The notes under the pieces are model-generated. The model was not told where the DNA came from and did no database searches. It saw only the letters and a program-made list of their open reading frames with translations. The position numbers were made by a program, and so were the translations under genes. A stretch of 63,968 nt of DNA, counting the filler, from Bigelowiella natans CCMP2755 (taxonomy: Eukaryota > Protista > Cercozoa): the NCBI GenBank assembly GCA_000320545.1. It is 6 parts of 6 records of this genome, joined end to end, with 100 filler letters (N's around TTAATTAATTAA, not from the genome) between each part and the next. Parts side by side here need not be neighbours in the genome. Positions count along the whole stretch, not along the records: positions 1 to 24,762 come from ADNK01000725.1; positions 24,863 to 55,400 come from ADNK01000601.1; 4 more parts are not named here. The stretch is one strand, 5' to 3'. Shown in pieces: positions 10,911 through 25,420 of this stretch (positions are counted from its first letter, which is position 1; each line of letters begins with the position of its first letter).

Positions 10911-12650
10911 TGGGGGGAGCGGGGGGAGCGGGGGGAGAGAAGAATACGACACGCACTCCACAGCTTCTACAGCCAATCCACTCACCGGACATAATGCGGC
11001 GAAAACAAGCCCAGTTTTCAGGTTTTCAGTGTTTTCACTGGAATAGAATAACTCCGACCACGTGGCGACTCTCTGCAGCCATGGAGGGGGGGGGGGGAGA
11101 GAGGGGGGCAATGGAGTTGCACATTAAAGCGAGAGAGCGTGGTGACGCAGGACCACTTAATGATCATTACCTGCGTCTTAGACATCTCCATGTCCTTCCG
11201 GATCTCCGCCAGCCGCTGCGCCGCGATCGCCTCTCGAGCGGGTTCCTCGGCAGACGTTGAAACGGTATTGTGCAGCACGGATGTGGCCTCGGCCTTCCGC
11301 CCTTGCGCCATCAGCCACCTGATCAACGAGGAGAAGAGCTACAGGCCGCCGGCGGGTAGATAACACGCATGCATGCATGCATGCATGCATATACATGCAT
11401 GGGGGTGGCGGGGCTGGCGGCGAAAAGCACGGTTGCCGATGGCGCGGTTGAGTACATAGCGCTCATGGCCATTCGAGGTGACGGACCTGGGAGAGTCTGG
11501 AATCAGCATCAGCAGCAGAATAGCCAGCCCACAGAGCACCGCGACTACGTATTCAAACAATCTCAGGCCCCCGCCGCCCCGTCGATGGGTCAACTGCCAG
11601 AGCAGCAGCAAACTGCACAGGAGGCAGTACAATCATACCAGAGAAGAATGCAGCCCTCCATGATTTAAGCAACAAGCCCCCTAGGAAGCCGAGCGGAAGT
11701 CCCGCCATCGTGAAAACCTGCTCGAGTTATTGTTGTCGAAGTACATGCGAACAAATTTAGCTGAGGGGGGAGGAGGGAAGCAGGGGAAGTGAATTCGTCA
11801 TCAGAGAGAGGCAAATGGAGTCTATTCTAAAGGGTGGGCGGGGTCCACACCGGATTGAGCATGGTGATTGTGCCCCGCACGTGCCGGGGCGAAATCTCAG
11901 CGCAATACATCGAAGGGATGACGAAGGTCATTCCGAGCCCGATCCCTATCGATGAAAAGCCTCTTTAAGGGCGTTTGATCTCCATTTTCCCATGAAGATA
12001 CAAATTTTTGTTGCGAGGATTCGATTCGTGATACGCATCAAGCAGCATATCCCAGTACATTGCATTCCAATCATGTGTTAGATTTCCATGGAACCTGCAA
12101 TACATCTCCCGGCAAGCAACGTGTCAAAGCTCTCCGCAGCCCCCATCGTGATAAGGGCGACCCCAATCACAACCGTAGCCAGCAAAAGCCCAAGTTTTCT
12201 CCCAAACTGACATAGCAGATTCACGGTGGTTTTCATCACGGCGGAAATATGTCTACGGTGCGGAGTGAACGTTACTCTGTCTGCGATGCTGCCAGCAATG
12301 AGGGATCCAGCCGCGGCGATGGGCATGACCATTGCGACCAGAAGCTGCATTTGAACCTATACATGACACCCCGCTCACCATTGACGACTAGACTATGGCG
12401 ATGATGGATTTTCGCTCCTACCTCAGACAAGTCGAAGTGCCGCTTTGTTGGCAGGAGGGCTGCACCCACAATCCCGAGATCATAGCCTCGAATCAATGAC
12501 GGCAGCGCCCCACTTACCACAACGGGGCACAGATAAAAGTAGGCCACCGGGAAATCCTGATCGGCGATTCATCGAGGCAGCAGTTTTCAATTATTCTGTG
12601 CCTTTTTCATCTCGCACATATAGTTGCACGCACGAACGTACGAACAACGT

Positions 12651-12733
<83 letters not shown>

Positions 12734-12813
12734 CAAACGGACCCCACCTTACAAGGAGCTTCGTCCTCGTTCGGGATGAACGCGGCCTTTTCATCCTCCT
12801 CATCACGAGCCAT
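9499..12813 (-). CDS. MFS sugar porter family transporter (multi-exon)
   Basis: Spliced motifs LIRGYDLGIVGAA, GSIADR|FGRK, LLAGRCIAG, YCAEISPRHVRG, IPDSPR..WL, IDNPKFGRR, IVAEIF and RIPELQGKT are sugar-porter signatures. Starts MARDEEDEK; ends QKTS*. Confidence 0.85.
12656..12730. repeat. (CA)n microsatellite in an MFS intron, representative of dozens of intronic (TA)n/(CA)n/(GA)n and trinucleotide tracts in the window
   Basis: Directly visible in the sequence. Confidence 0.95.
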
Positions 12814-13495
12814 TATTCGAAGGCAGGCGAATAGATCTGTCGATGGCCGGTCCTGATCACCAGGCTCAAATCCGCCTCAAATCGATGCAATTCATAGTGT
12901 GCGACAAGAAATAGGACGGTTAATTAAGATAAAATGGGGTCCCGTTTTGCCTCGAAGAAAAAGAAGAAATCCTCAGGAAATCCTGAAGTCAACCATAACT
13001 ATTTCGTCCAACGGATGTGATAACTGCGATCATGTGGGGAAACAAATTGAAATAAGAATAGGAAGTTCTTCCGACAATCTTCCCTGAAAAATGGGCTTGA
13101 ACCACACTTCACCCCCCAGAAAACTGAAACCATCAAGACCAATGCAATGCAATGAGCGCCTGTGACCACAAGTGAACTGAAAGAAAGCAAGAAGACCAAC
13201 TGATGAGAGACGAGCCTCTTACCGATCAACTCCCCCACTATTGTTGCCTCACAACAGATAACAGCTACAACAATAACGACAACAACAACAACAACACCAA
13301 CAACCACCACCAACAGCAACGACGACAAGTTCTTACTGATATTCATCCAACAATTTCTTCTCTCTCGCAACGCCCGTTTTGAGACAACACGGTGAAAAAA
13401 CATAGCTGGGAAGTCAAGGGCGCGAACAGAATAACCGACTATAACCAACAAAAACTAACTAACTGACACGCCTCCTCAGAGGGCAGACCGGAAAG

Positions 13496-14128
13496 ATGGC
13501 GCAGCCCGTCACACAAGAGGAAGGGGAGGGCGCCCCGGAGCTGTACCATGAGAAGCAGAGGTGGATGTACTGTGGGATTCACGCCGTGAACAACCTCTTC
13601 CAACGGAAGGCTTTTGAGAAAGAGGACTTTGACAAAGTTGCTGGGACGCTGTCCCCTGGTGCATTCATCAGCCCTCACAAGTCAATGTGGGGTCTCGGCA
13701 ATTACGACGTGAACGTGCTCACAATGATCCTTCAGGAAAAGGGGTACGAACTCAGGTGGTTTGATAAACGAAAGCGACCAGAGAACATCAATTTCGACAA
13801 GCTATTTGGGATAATCGTCAACACAAGAACGAGCCGAATTTTGTTCAATTCGTTTCACTGGATTGCATTGAAGAAAATAAACAATAAATGGATGAACCTT
13901 GATAGTAAGAAGAAAAGCCCGGAGGAGTTTAAGGACGGAGAGAATGGCCTAATTACGTATTTGGAATCAATCATAGAAAACAACAACCAGATCTTATTGG
14001 TTGTGAAGGGCGAGGACACCGACTGCGTGTACCGAAAAGCGGAGAAAGAGAAAGTGAAGGAAGATAGCAAAACAGGGGAAGAGGGAAAAGGCGATAATGT
14101 AAAAAAACTAGCGAAGGACAAGAAGTGA
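13496..14128 (+). CDS. Josephin-domain deubiquitinase (JOSD1/2-like), single coding exon
   Basis: YHEKQRWMYCGIHAVNNLFQ (catalytic Cys), GLGNYDVNVL, HWIAL (His) and WMNLDS (Asp). 210 aa. Confidence 0.92.
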   Translation: MAQPVTQEEGEGAPELYHEKQRWMYCGIHAVNNLFQRKAFEKEDFDKVAGTLSPGAFISPHKSMWGLGNYDVNVLTMILQEKGYELRWFDKRKRPENINFDKLFGIIVNTRTSRILFNSFHWIALKKINNKWMNLDSKKKSPEEFKDGENGLITYLESIIENNNQILLVVKGEDTDCVYRKAEKEKVKEDSKTGEEGKGDNVKKLAKDKK

Positions 14129-14701
14129 AAATGCTTTGAACTTTTCCAGTGTAAATGAAATCAATATTGTAAAAAAGAACAATATCTAGATATATCGGGC
14201 ATTCTTGCACATGATAAGTTTGTATTGAGTTTAATAGGCACAGTTATGAATACGAACAAATTATATGCGACACGCATAAATTCGTAATCCATATACGCTT
14301 TTAATAGTGACCTCTAGACTTACATGCTAGGATGCGAGGCGGATCATCATCCTAATCTAGCTAATCCTTTCAAAATCGAGTGGCGCATTCTCGGATGCAA
14401 CGATAAGAAAAGCTTTCCAATTATATTACCGCGCACATCTAGATGTACTATGCAGTCTAGTAACAGGGCGCAAGAATGCGCTTCATAACTCGTGCGCCCG
14501 AACTTGTAATGTGCTAGTGTGCACGCATCATGCGCAGCACCAGTATAGCTAGACTAGAGCACACGAAGTCTGTGACAAGTCGTCATCGCACAAACACATG
14601 TCTTGCATGCGATGCGCTAGCATGAAAATGTTATTACATTTGGTTTCTAATTTCCGTGCTTGCATTGTTGCACTTGGTGCTTTTGCATCGATAAGTGCTC
14701 A

Positions 14702-15448
14702 TCATCGAGTTTCTCGAGCCCAGGCGAACTCGATTAGCTCCTTCTGGAAACCCTGTTGGAGTGTACAATTAAAGAAGAGAAACGTGCACAACTCTTCATG
14801 CATGATGACTGCGGGCATCTGCCCTCAATTTGCAACAAGGTAATACGTTTTCATCCGACAAGTGGGCAGAACGATCATCTAGCCCCACGACATAACACGA
14901 CTTGCACAGATTATCATGCAGAAATTTGGGTATCGCAGTGACATGGCTATTGCTTCAATGAATAAATTCGAAAAGATTATTTGACTAAACAACAATAGCT
15001 GTTTACATACCTTGTTTGTCAACACACAACCTCTCTTTTCTTTCACCTATTGTTGATACGAATTTGATATCGTGGGTTTAAACACGTGCAACTTGGCAAA
15101 ATTACTACAAAATCACGCATAACTTCTCCCCCCCCCTCTCTCTCTATGTGTGTGTGTGTTATTTGTACACATCATACCAATTTCACAGCGTCCACCAGAT
15201 TCATCTTGACCTTGTATAATTGTACATAGATGCAATTTATTGTATTGTGTGACCATAGATCCCACAGTCGCATTTTCATGACATTTGACTCTGCAGTGTG
15301 TGTATTTATGTGGGATGAAGGGCTGCTTCTTCATCGCGAGGTATGATGCTGCCAAGTAAAAAACGGGACCTGGTCTATAAGGAAAGCCACGATAATCTGA
15401 CGCGTTAGATAAAACAAAATATTAAAATATAAAAGTGTATTATACGGT

Positions 15449-15487
<39 letters not shown>

Positions 15488-15763
15488 CTATGTGTGTCTG
15501 TCTCTGTGTGTGTGTGTTATTTGCAACTGCTACTGATCTCGTTTCCGCAATGGCATTGATAAGATAGTGGTAGTACGTACTGCAGCACTCCGATTCATTC
15601 CCATGGCACAATTGACCAGGATCTTTCCTGATTATCCCCCACCATCAACGTGGATGCGTTCAGCTCTCAAAATCAGGAACCGACTCACGGCGAAATGTGT
15701 GGATGGGAAATGAAAAGATAATCTACAACGACAATCACACACCAACGGTATCTTTTGCGCACC

Positions 15764-15813
<50 letters not shown>

Positions 15814-16020
15814 GTTTCACACATGCAAGTAGAAATTAAAGAGGCACCACCCCCATCCTGCTTTGAATCTTCATATTGAGCTTTCGCTTCCGAAAGAACC
15901 TTGCAGATATATAACGCGGTATGGCGAAGGTGGACATAATGCACCAGGCCAAGAAAAATAATGAACTGCATACATTCGCATGCCTGTATTGTACAACTAA
16001 TCCTACACATGCACACAGAC

Positions 16021-16051
<31 letters not shown>

Positions 16052-16080
16052 AATATAAATATATTTTATTTATATTATAC

Positions 16081-16119
<39 letters not shown>

Positions 16120-16367
16120 TCCTACCAAAACTCTTCTCGTGAACGCACGTGCATATCTCTCGTCGCTGCTCACCTTCTTGCAGTCTTTGTCGTAATGCGT
16201 CAGTATCTTGTAAAAAGCCTGCACGTTGGAACAAGTAATGGTGGCGGAAAAGGTATGCATGCAACATCCAGACGTAGCAATTATACATGGTCCCGCGCCT
16301 CGATCCCTGCGTATTTTATCTTCTCTGCTTCCTTTCCGGACGCCATCGGGCACCTAGAAATAGATGC

Positions 16368-16406
<39 letters not shown>

Positions 16407-16790
16407 CATGCATGTATCTGTGGACGCCTTTGATATGCTAGCGAACAGGAAGAAGCTTTCCGCATGCACCATCAAACGATGCTATCGAAGGAATTATCGC
16501 AACAACCAAGGCTCAGCGCAGTTGAGAATGTGCGTGAATCGGAGAGAATTGCCACGGTCAAGGCACTCTTCTGCTGCAGGCTTTCCTCCTGAAATGTGAA
16601 TGAATGCGTAAGATTCTCGATGGCGGCGTCTCTAAACAGCCAACTCGATAAAAGCTTTTCTGTATAACAGGGTCAGAACTCATAATGTGTGAGTAGTGAC
16701 CTATGTAGAGATACGGCAGGATCTCGCTTGCCTCAATCGTGGTACCTGCGGAATGGTGAAAGATGAGTGTTGTCGTGCTGTACTTTAGGG

Positions 16791-16833
<43 letters not shown>

Positions 16834-17025
16834 GTATATATGAACAAGCATGAATATGAGAGAATACTACTTCCGGGCTTAGTAAGAATCTCCTCCAAAA
16901 CCTAAATAGACGGTGCCGCGAAGATCGCCCATGCCATTCAAACAAATGTAGTACTAAGCAACAAGATTACGCCGTAGAGGGAAGCACACTTATACATTTT
17001 GAATCCAAAGTATTAATTAACGAAC

Positions 17026-17061
<36 letters not shown>

Positions 17062-17333
17062 TATAGTACACACTTGACTACTCGCACACGCACCGGCATA
17101 TAGGTATCGACGGCTTCCTGTTTCGTTTTTCCTTGAAGTAGAGTGCCGTGCTTCTGCAGCCCACATGGATATGTCGATCAGATTAAAGAACTCGCTTGTA
17201 GCGCGAGCATTAGTTTAGATATTCTACGTGATGCCAACGTCGGCCAAGTTACCTTTGATTCTGGCTTCGAGGAGGACGAGGATGTGGAGGTTTTCGTCTC
17301 TTTGGGACTGGTGCGAGCCGAGTTGCGGATCAT
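14702..17333 (-). CDS. Dual-specificity protein phosphatase (multi-exon; 5' end uncertain, exons at 17.5-18.3 kb may belong to it)
   Basis: Spliced motifs ASEILPYLYIG|GK, FTHILNCA, YAGIEARD, KILVNCAMGMNRSAA (CX5R loop), AASYLAM and VKEKRGCVLTNK|GFQKELIEF. Confidence 0.8.
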
Positions 17334-18372
17334 AAGATGCTTTCCGCTCTGGATTCCTAGGATGGTGGCGACGATATCACACGCCGATCGCACCAACGGA
17401 ATATTCAAAGGTACATTTGAGAATGTGAGTATTGGCGGTATACATGTGAGATCCCGTCCTTGATTATATATAACCCGAGGAAGGAGGCGGACGATGAGAG
17501 ATAGTTGCAAGTACAAGGATGTGTGTTCGTCTTCGTGCGAATTCTGTCATAGAAAGTGTCGAAAGATGTGTACATACGTAGTCCACATTTGAATAACAAT
17601 CAACGACCTATTTCTGAAAGAGATTGGTCGTAATGTTTTGGTTTTATGGCAAATCCAGTTTCTCCCTTCTAAAAAGGCAAAGTGACATCTCTGTTGGCAA
17701 TTGCTCTGTTCGCATAGATGAATACGTAAATGTACGTTGGTCGTAGACTTCGGCGAGACCATCTCAAATTCAAGATTTGTGATCTCGTTCGCGGGTGAGT
17801 ACTGGGGAGCGACCTGAGCGACAATTCCAATTTCTTGGTCGGCCAATCAAGGATGGGCGCAAGTATGGATTCTGCTTAGCTATGGTTTCACCTCCATCTC
17901 CACACAGGCGTTGCGGAGAAATTCAGCCACTGTTATTTCTCCTCGACAAGAATACTCCTATAAAACAACGTGAAAAAGCTTATTACCTGCAATAAACGGT
18001 GCGAATCACGACTATAGTCGTTCCGTAAGCACGCACCTTCGTCTTTTCCCCGAAGCATACTTTCAGCGCTAACCTGCCCCATAACACCAAAACGACAAAG
18101 TAACCCTTCTCAGCAACAGTGCGAAGGTGTGCGAAGATGGAGGCGGCCGTCCGGGGCGGTGACTTTCGAAGCGACACCACGTCCTTCAAACCTCCATCGA
18201 AAACCGAAAACCAACCGTTTGGCAGCCATGTTCGAATTGCTGCGGCTCCCAGCTCGCGTGCCTTCGATTTTATACGGAGATAAGACCTAAAAATCATGTC
18301 GCAATCATCAAAATCCATGCCATTTTCTTCGGAAAATCAGGGTCGGAGGAAGAGCAAGAAAAGGAGCAAGGA

Positions 18373-20275
18373 ATGAGCGTGCTCTTTCTGGACAAAACAA
18401 ATGCACGTCTGCGCTCTCATTTTTCTGCATATTTTCTCTCGGTACTTTCTCGCTGAAACTCAGTGCCAGGATTTTGGATGCATAGGCGATATGGGTACCG
18501 TATTTTTGCACCGACAAAGAAAGAAAATATCATTTTATAGCCTAAAATATCATAGAAAATATGCCGAGATCATTATTCTAGTTTCTTCGTCTCTAGACGC
18601 CCCCCTCAGGCGCACCAGCCTCACTTGGGCGAGGAGGGGATTTAGAGGATGGCTTCGCGCTGCACAGCATGCGGTGAGCGAGCTGTCTTTCATATGCCAC
18701 ACACAGAATATGCTAATGAAATAGGCCTGTTACAGTACCGTTCTTGAATCGCCCACGCTTCTGTTCAAATAAAAAACAAAACAAAGGCCTAGCCTTTTCA
18801 TTTGACCCTTACTTCGTTCCCTTGGGAAAATAGGTGTGATTGTTCCGTCTGGGGCGATATGTTTCATGTGTAATAGTCCGATTAACTTAGCAGCTGACAG
18901 CATGGACAAGAAGGTGCGCCCCTATGAACCTGTAGTTTCCCTACTCATTTAGTCGAGATTAGATGCATCTGTACTGAGCATCATAACGGGCTGTTCCAGG
19001 AAATCTCGAATACAACAAAATGGCCCTTGCCTCGTCCTCAAATCCCGAGCAGTCACGCTTATGCTTTTGATATTTGTCTATGTAGTGGGCGAGAGCCAAG
19101 AAGAAAAAGGCAAGGAAAAAGAGCAAGAAATCTAGTTCCTCCATGGCCAAAACCGACGCTAAATTCATCGAGCATGCGACCAATGCAGGCTCCCATAGTT
19201 GGGGTACCCCGTCGGATTCGGACCAAATGAAGGCAGAATCTATTATGAACGCCGTACGATTGCTGCGAACTATCAGCCACAAGGACAACATCCCGGAAGA
19301 AACACGTTAGATTTCAAATCAATGCATCAGATTAAGAACATCAACACCGAATGAGTATTCGCTGATTTCAGGCAAGGAGTTGTCAAAGGCGTGCGACCAG
19401 CTCCTGATATACTCAGCAAGCGTCTCCGGCAACGTCAAGGAGGAGCTTGTGCGCGCTGTGAAAGGTGGCGCGAGCGTGTCCCTTATCGAAGAGCTCTTCG
19501 AGAAGAAAAATGCCCCCAGCGTCAATGACCTGGTATTATTATTCTAGAGGGAACAATAGATTTAAGATAACGACGAATCGAACACGCACGTGCCAGAAGA
19601 AAACAGTACAGCACACCCTGCATGCTCCGATTATTTTATATCCAACTTCCACCATATACTTTTTCTTAAATTATTATCATCATCGTGGTTGTCGTATGTA
19701 CTATGTAATCGCAATATGCAATTAACATGACTCTCAAAGGTCTGCAAGGGTCCATTGGGCGATAGCCGCACCCTGCTCGCGGAGGCCATCAACGCACTGC
19801 CCGACAGTGCGACCGGTGTGGCAGAAATCATACGATATTTGATCGAAGTCAAGCATGCCAACGTGAACAAGTGTTTAGGTACTACGAAAGCAATACAATA
19901 AATGCAAACAGTCGCAACCCCTTTAATCTTCAATATTGACCCCGGCCGCGGCCGCACCAATCGCTGCCGTCAGTGATTTTGAAGTCAGGCGATGATACCT
20001 AAAAACTGCTATTTGCTTTATTCCCCTCTCTTGGTCTCCCCCCCCTCCCCCCCCCTAAAAAAACGCCACCAAAACCATCATAAAACTAGCCGAGAAAGGG
20101 TATGGACGACCTATAGCGATTGCAGCTGGAAAATTCGCCGTAGACACCGTTGAATACTTACTGGACAAGAACGCGCGTCTGGACGTGAACGGGCTCTCAA
20201 GTGCACTCTGCGTCACCTTGTGCCAATCCAGCACAGGTTCGTGCGAGGCTAATGCCGATTTGCGCATCGCTCGCT

Positions 20276-20313
<38 letters not shown>

Positions 20314-20587
20314 GGGGCTTTTTTTGGTTGTGTTGTCTTTAGTGACTGTGGATCTGATTGTTGCCCCCCCCGCCCCGCCTGCCCGCCCCCACATCAATAT
20401 GTGACGAGCAGAATTCGAATCCAAGGAGATGAGGCGAACGGTGTCGTGTTTGCTGGAAGCCAGGGCTGACCCCTTATGGAGAGTGGGAGAAGAAGTAGAA
20501 GGGGGGGGGAAGCAGCCCCCCGACAACAACGACGCAGGAACGGGTCTGCTCCTCTCAACCAATCTCGGTTATCCGCTGCTCACTTAA
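18373..20587 (+). CDS. Protein with divergent ankyrin-like repeats (5' exons uncertain)
   Basis: Exons encode ELVRAVKGGASVSLIEELFE, RTLLAEAINA..EIIRYLIEVKHANVN, GRPIAIAAGKFAVDTVEYLLDKNARLD and TVSCLLEARADP. Stop TAA at 20585-20587. Confidence 0.55.
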
Positions 20588-20847
20588 GCGTCGTCGTCGT
20601 CGTCGTCGTTTTATATATTTGTCAATTCAAACCGTAAACACTGGATTGCGAGATGATTAAGGAAACTAGAATAAATAATAATAATAGAGTTCTGTGGGTG
20701 AAACAACAACAACAACAACAACAACGCCCCGTCTCGCTTGTGTCTTTTGGCCCTTGCCGTTTTATGTTGTCGTAGTTCTTTTCAAACAGCATTTTTTTGC
20801 CGTCACTGGTGCAAGTTCCCTCGCCCGCGTGTGGATGTGCGTTTCCT

Positions 20848-20898
<51 letters not shown>

Positions 20899-20985
20899 GC
20901 CCTCCTTGCCTCCTCGCTTACCCCCCCCCCTCCTCAAAAACAATAAGGATTCGCGGTCTCCCACCTCTCTTCCACCATCGTAAAA

Positions 20986-21929
20986 ATGCTGCTGCGAGGC
21001 GTTACGATGTCTGCGCTGCAAGCAAGGGTGGCGAAGGTAAAGGCATCATCATCGTCGTCATCGTCGTCATCATCGCCGTCGTCGGTATTGAAGGGAGGGG
21101 GATCAGAGGGGGGGCAAGACATGAACAAGCGGAGGAAGACGACCACCACAGCGCTATCAGCGTTTTCTTCATCGCTCTCTTCGCCCTCTTCATCGTCGTT
21201 GCCGTCGCTGCCTCGTGAAATGGAAGAGCTGGTGCATCAATGCATAACCCAAGCCATACGAGCGATGCGATTTGAAACCTCAAACGAGCTCATTGGATTC
21301 TTTAGAAGGGTACTTGGCAAATCACTTTCCCCATCAATTTTTCCTCTCCTCTCTGCTCCCTCCCCCCCCCTCCCTCTCGCTCTCTCTCTCTCTCTCGCGC
21401 GCTCTCTCTCTCTCTCTCCCTCCCCCCTCCGTTCCCTGCCAACTGGCTTGTCTTGTGTATTGCCACCACGGACGATAACAACCTCACTAACAATTCTGCC
21501 GCTTTCATTCAATCAGGAACATCGATGGAACCCGCCTCACAACGCCCTGCTCGTGGCAGTGGATAACAGCGCGTATGCCCCCCCTCCCCCCCCCCCTTCT
21601 TACCTCCCCATCGTGCACAACCAATTACACTACATGTCATTTTGATCACTGCTGCTGACACCATGATGCATTCCGCCCAATCTTCATCATCATCGTCGTC
21701 ATTGCCGTGTGCCGCAAAACAACAACTTGGCAACGAGTCGTCCTATCCTGTCTTGTCCTGGCAGTTAGACCAACGAACGGGTGCTGTTCTTCGCTCTTGC
21801 AGGTACCACGCCATCGAGTCCCTTGTCAGAGCTCAAGCGGACATCAACCACAGCTCCTCCCAGGACGAGCTCCCGCTCGTTCGCGCGGTGAGTAGTGAAT
21901 CGACGACGACGACGACGACGACGATGATG

Positions 21930-21961
<32 letters not shown>

Positions 21962-22078
21962 GAAAATGCAGAAAACAACAAGAACCCGTTGCTACTACCG
22001 AGGATGAGAGCCGGCAAATTACCGACTCCTCTGTCATAAACAACATGAGGCGTAGAGACCTCCCCCACTAGTCACACA

Positions 22079-22113
<35 letters not shown>

Positions 22114-22667
22114 GCACACTCATACACACACATATACACATACACATACACATATACACATGCACACGCGCGCAGACCAAAACATGATGATGATGATGAT
22201 GATGATGATGATGGTGATGGTGATGGTGATGATAGGTGATGCGGGACGACGCCAACATGGTGCAGTGGCTGCTGTCCCACAACGCAGACGTGTTCTGCCG
22301 CGGGAGCGACGGGAAAACAGCGCGCGAAAAGATGTATTCCGAGGACCTCACGTGGCGGCTAGAGTCGCTCCAGGTTTGCTTATATATGGACGCTCTGTAG
22401 GCATATCCTGTATGGAAACACTTCCATATACTATAAAGCACATGTGCTACATGTGGTGGGCACGATTCAGCATATCCAACTTCCAGCAACAACGCGCACA
22501 TTTCTCACCCCTGATACCATCTCACCGACGCGTTCTGGCAGACTATTCATTTGCTGCTGGATGCCGAGAATCGCTCCGCGCTGGGGGACTTCGGTTTTCA
22601 CGAGGAGGTCGGTTGCTATTGGCACAACAGCGCGGCACAGCGACACTATCCGCAACTATCCGCAACT

Positions 22668-22703
<36 letters not shown>

Positions 22704-23571
22704 GCATTACCATCATTATCATCATCATCATAATCATCATCATCATCATTATCATCCTATACATCGCAATCGGTCAGCAACCAACAATAAAGATAAGGCA
22801 GAAACAGGAGACGATATTATAATCACACCCTGCACGTCGCACGTCTGCTATGGGCCTGGTTGACAATGATGTGTGGCCCTTCCCCCCCCCAACCCCCCCC
22901 TTTATTCACAGGAAAATAAGGATTCCCCGGCAGGATCTCGAGTGAATGATAAGCTATGTAATATCGGCCGTATTCTCTTCACCTTCTCTCCATATTCCTC
23001 TGTCCTCACATCTCTCTATCCTTTGCTGTTATATATGCATGCTGCAAGTAGTAGTATTCGTAGTTAGTAGCACAGGTAGTAGTAGCAGTAGTAGTAATAT
23101 GCATAGCTCTGGGGTTTTGAACAGCCTTCATAACCGAATAATACGCAATGCCCAACGGTAACAACGCTGCGACACCGAGTGGGCACCTACTCTCGTTTGG
23201 GGTTCAAGCATCCGGATGAAGAGAAATGGGGGGGGGGAGGGGGGGGGGGTTTACTCCTCTATTGCCCCCCCTCCTCACATGTTCTTCCATCGCTGCTTGT
23301 TACTTGCATAGGTACGGCTCCTGAGGCCATCAAGAGGCTGAATAAGCGGTCGGTTCTAGCTTCATCCTCTCGGAGTAAGCAACCCCGTCGCTCTCTCCCC
23401 CCGCTTGCCGAGACCGCAGCAAGTTCCTCCTCCTCCTCCTCTTCCTCCGCCTCGTCCTCCTCCAACCACCCATCTGATGAGGCGAAGGACTCAGAAGGAC
23501 GAGAGAAGAAGCACGGAAAGAGTAGTGGTAGCAGAGACCAGGAGCGAGTCAAAGGGAAAGACGGAGAGAAT

Positions 23572-23603
<32 letters not shown>

Positions 23604-23724
23604 CGGGCAGCCCTCCCCGCCCCCTGAGCAGGCTCAAAAGCAGATTCGCGTGATCGAGGATATGCCTTTCTCGGCGTGGGAGGACAAATTCGTGTTTCCT
23701 CGATGCAGGGACTCGGGAGAGGTG

Positions 23725-23770
<46 letters not shown>

Positions 23771-23943
23771 TTGTTGTGGCGTGCCATCATGGTTGATTCA
23801 GCATCACCGCATATGCGCCGACAACTCACCACAACGCGCGCGGTTAGAAAATGGACAGTGTGACAGCTGCGCGCTCTCTCTCTCTCTCTCTCTTTAATCT
23901 CGCTGCTATGTGGTTGGTTGCTTATCCACCACCCTCTCTCCCT

Positions 23944-23993
<50 letters not shown>

Positions 23994-24515
23994 AACACAA
24001 ACACACTCACACCAAAGTCGATGCAATGCGCGGAAAACCCTCAAAAACGCCCGAGTCATCATCCTCCTCCTACCACCACCAACAGCCTGCGGAGCCTCCG
24101 GTCGGATTCGTCTTCTCGGAAGAGGACTGGCCCCCCCCCTCCACCACTGTGGAGCAGCTATGGGCAGCATGTGGGTGTGTGATATATCCTGTAATTTTCA
24201 TTTTTTGGGTTGGATCAAGGAAGGGGGGGGGGGGGGTTCTTGGGAAGAGCTTTAAAGGAGGAGAAAAGCTCCCAAACAATACATCGCACACTGTGCGCTG
24301 CTATGGCAAATATCACTTTCTAATCGCATAACAACCACTATTTGCCACTACCATTATGATGCTGTGGGTCTTCTTCCTCAAACAGGCAAAGACGAGAAAG
24401 ATCGTAGCAATAGACCGTTTACCTACCTGACCGGCACTCTGAGCGTGTACGACATCCCCTTCATATCCGCGTCGCTTTTCGATCACATGATCCTTGCCTG
24501 CGGATCGGTGAGAAA

Positions 24516-24559
<44 letters not shown>

Positions 24560-24762
24560 AGATGTATGTTCGTATTGTATTAAAGTGTGTGAGGCGCTGG
24601 CATTGAATTCAAATGCACGTGCTGCAGGTATGGAGCTTGCTGTTCAGTCTAAAGCACAAACTCACGCTCTCCGAGTGGAGGGACAAAGACATCAAGAACG
24701 CCATTCTCTCTCGAATACGCTGTGAGCGCGCGCTGAAAGACGGAAACGGCCAGGTGAACCCC
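20986..24762 (+). CDS. Ankyrin-repeat-containing protein with low-complexity regions, truncated at contig end
   Basis: NALLVAVDNS, YHAIESLVRAQADINH..DELPLVRA|VMRDDANMVQWLLSHNADVFCRGSDGKTA. Later exons include RPFTYLTGTLSVYDIPF and VWSLLFSLKHKL. Confidence 0.6.
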
Positions 24763-24862
24763 NNNNNNNNNNNNNNNNNNNNNNNNNNNNNNNNNNNNNN
24801 NNNNNNTTAATTAATTAANNNNNNNNNNNNNNNNNNNNNNNNNNNNNNNNNNNNNNNNNNNN
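24763..24862. other. Artificial assembly linker N44-TTAATTAATTAA-N44 (also 55401-55500, 58873-58972, 61172-61271, 62703-62802)
   Basis: Five identical 100-nt spacers carrying stop codons in all six frames. Confidence 0.97.
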
Positions 24863-25118
24863 CATCGCAGATCCGGAGAGCCATGAGGAAGCACCCAGGC
24901 GACACGACCCTATAGATATTGTCTTTCGAGATCCACCCCCAAGTATTGAACTTGCATGTGGTATTGATTTTTCTCGCCACCGGCAGAAGTAGATTCATTT
25001 GATTTACCCGCTAAACCCCCATCTCTGATATGGGCATTCCCTTATCCCCCCCCCCTGTGCTGGTCTGGAGGGGGCGTATGTGGGCAATATCGGCCATATG
25101 GGGATGGGAGGATCTAGC

Positions 25119-25126
25119 CTATGTAT

Positions 25127-25163
<37 letters not shown>

Positions 25164-25389
25164 TATGTATACATTTTGAAATGACATTTGGAATATTTCA
25201 CACCAACACAAGTACGCATGCCGCTTTTCTTTCTCATTCGTTCCTCTCCCTCCTCCTCTCCCCCCCCCCTTCCTACTCCTCCTCCTCGTCGTCGCCCTTC
25301 TCCCTCTGCCATACTCACTGACCACAGGGGTCCGTCCTGTCCCAAGTAGCTCGCTCTTGCCTCCAGCTTTTTGCGAAGATGACGATGAC

Positions 25390-25420
<31 letters not shown>

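Noticed and set aside
20694-24331. ORFs with poly-YI, CV, SL, ER, H or M runs here and elsewhere
   Set aside because: They are translations of intronic microsatellites.
24763-24862. TTAATTAATTAA palindromes as biological sites such as piggyBac TTAA targets
   Set aside because: They sit in the centre of identical N-runs five times and are an assembly linker.
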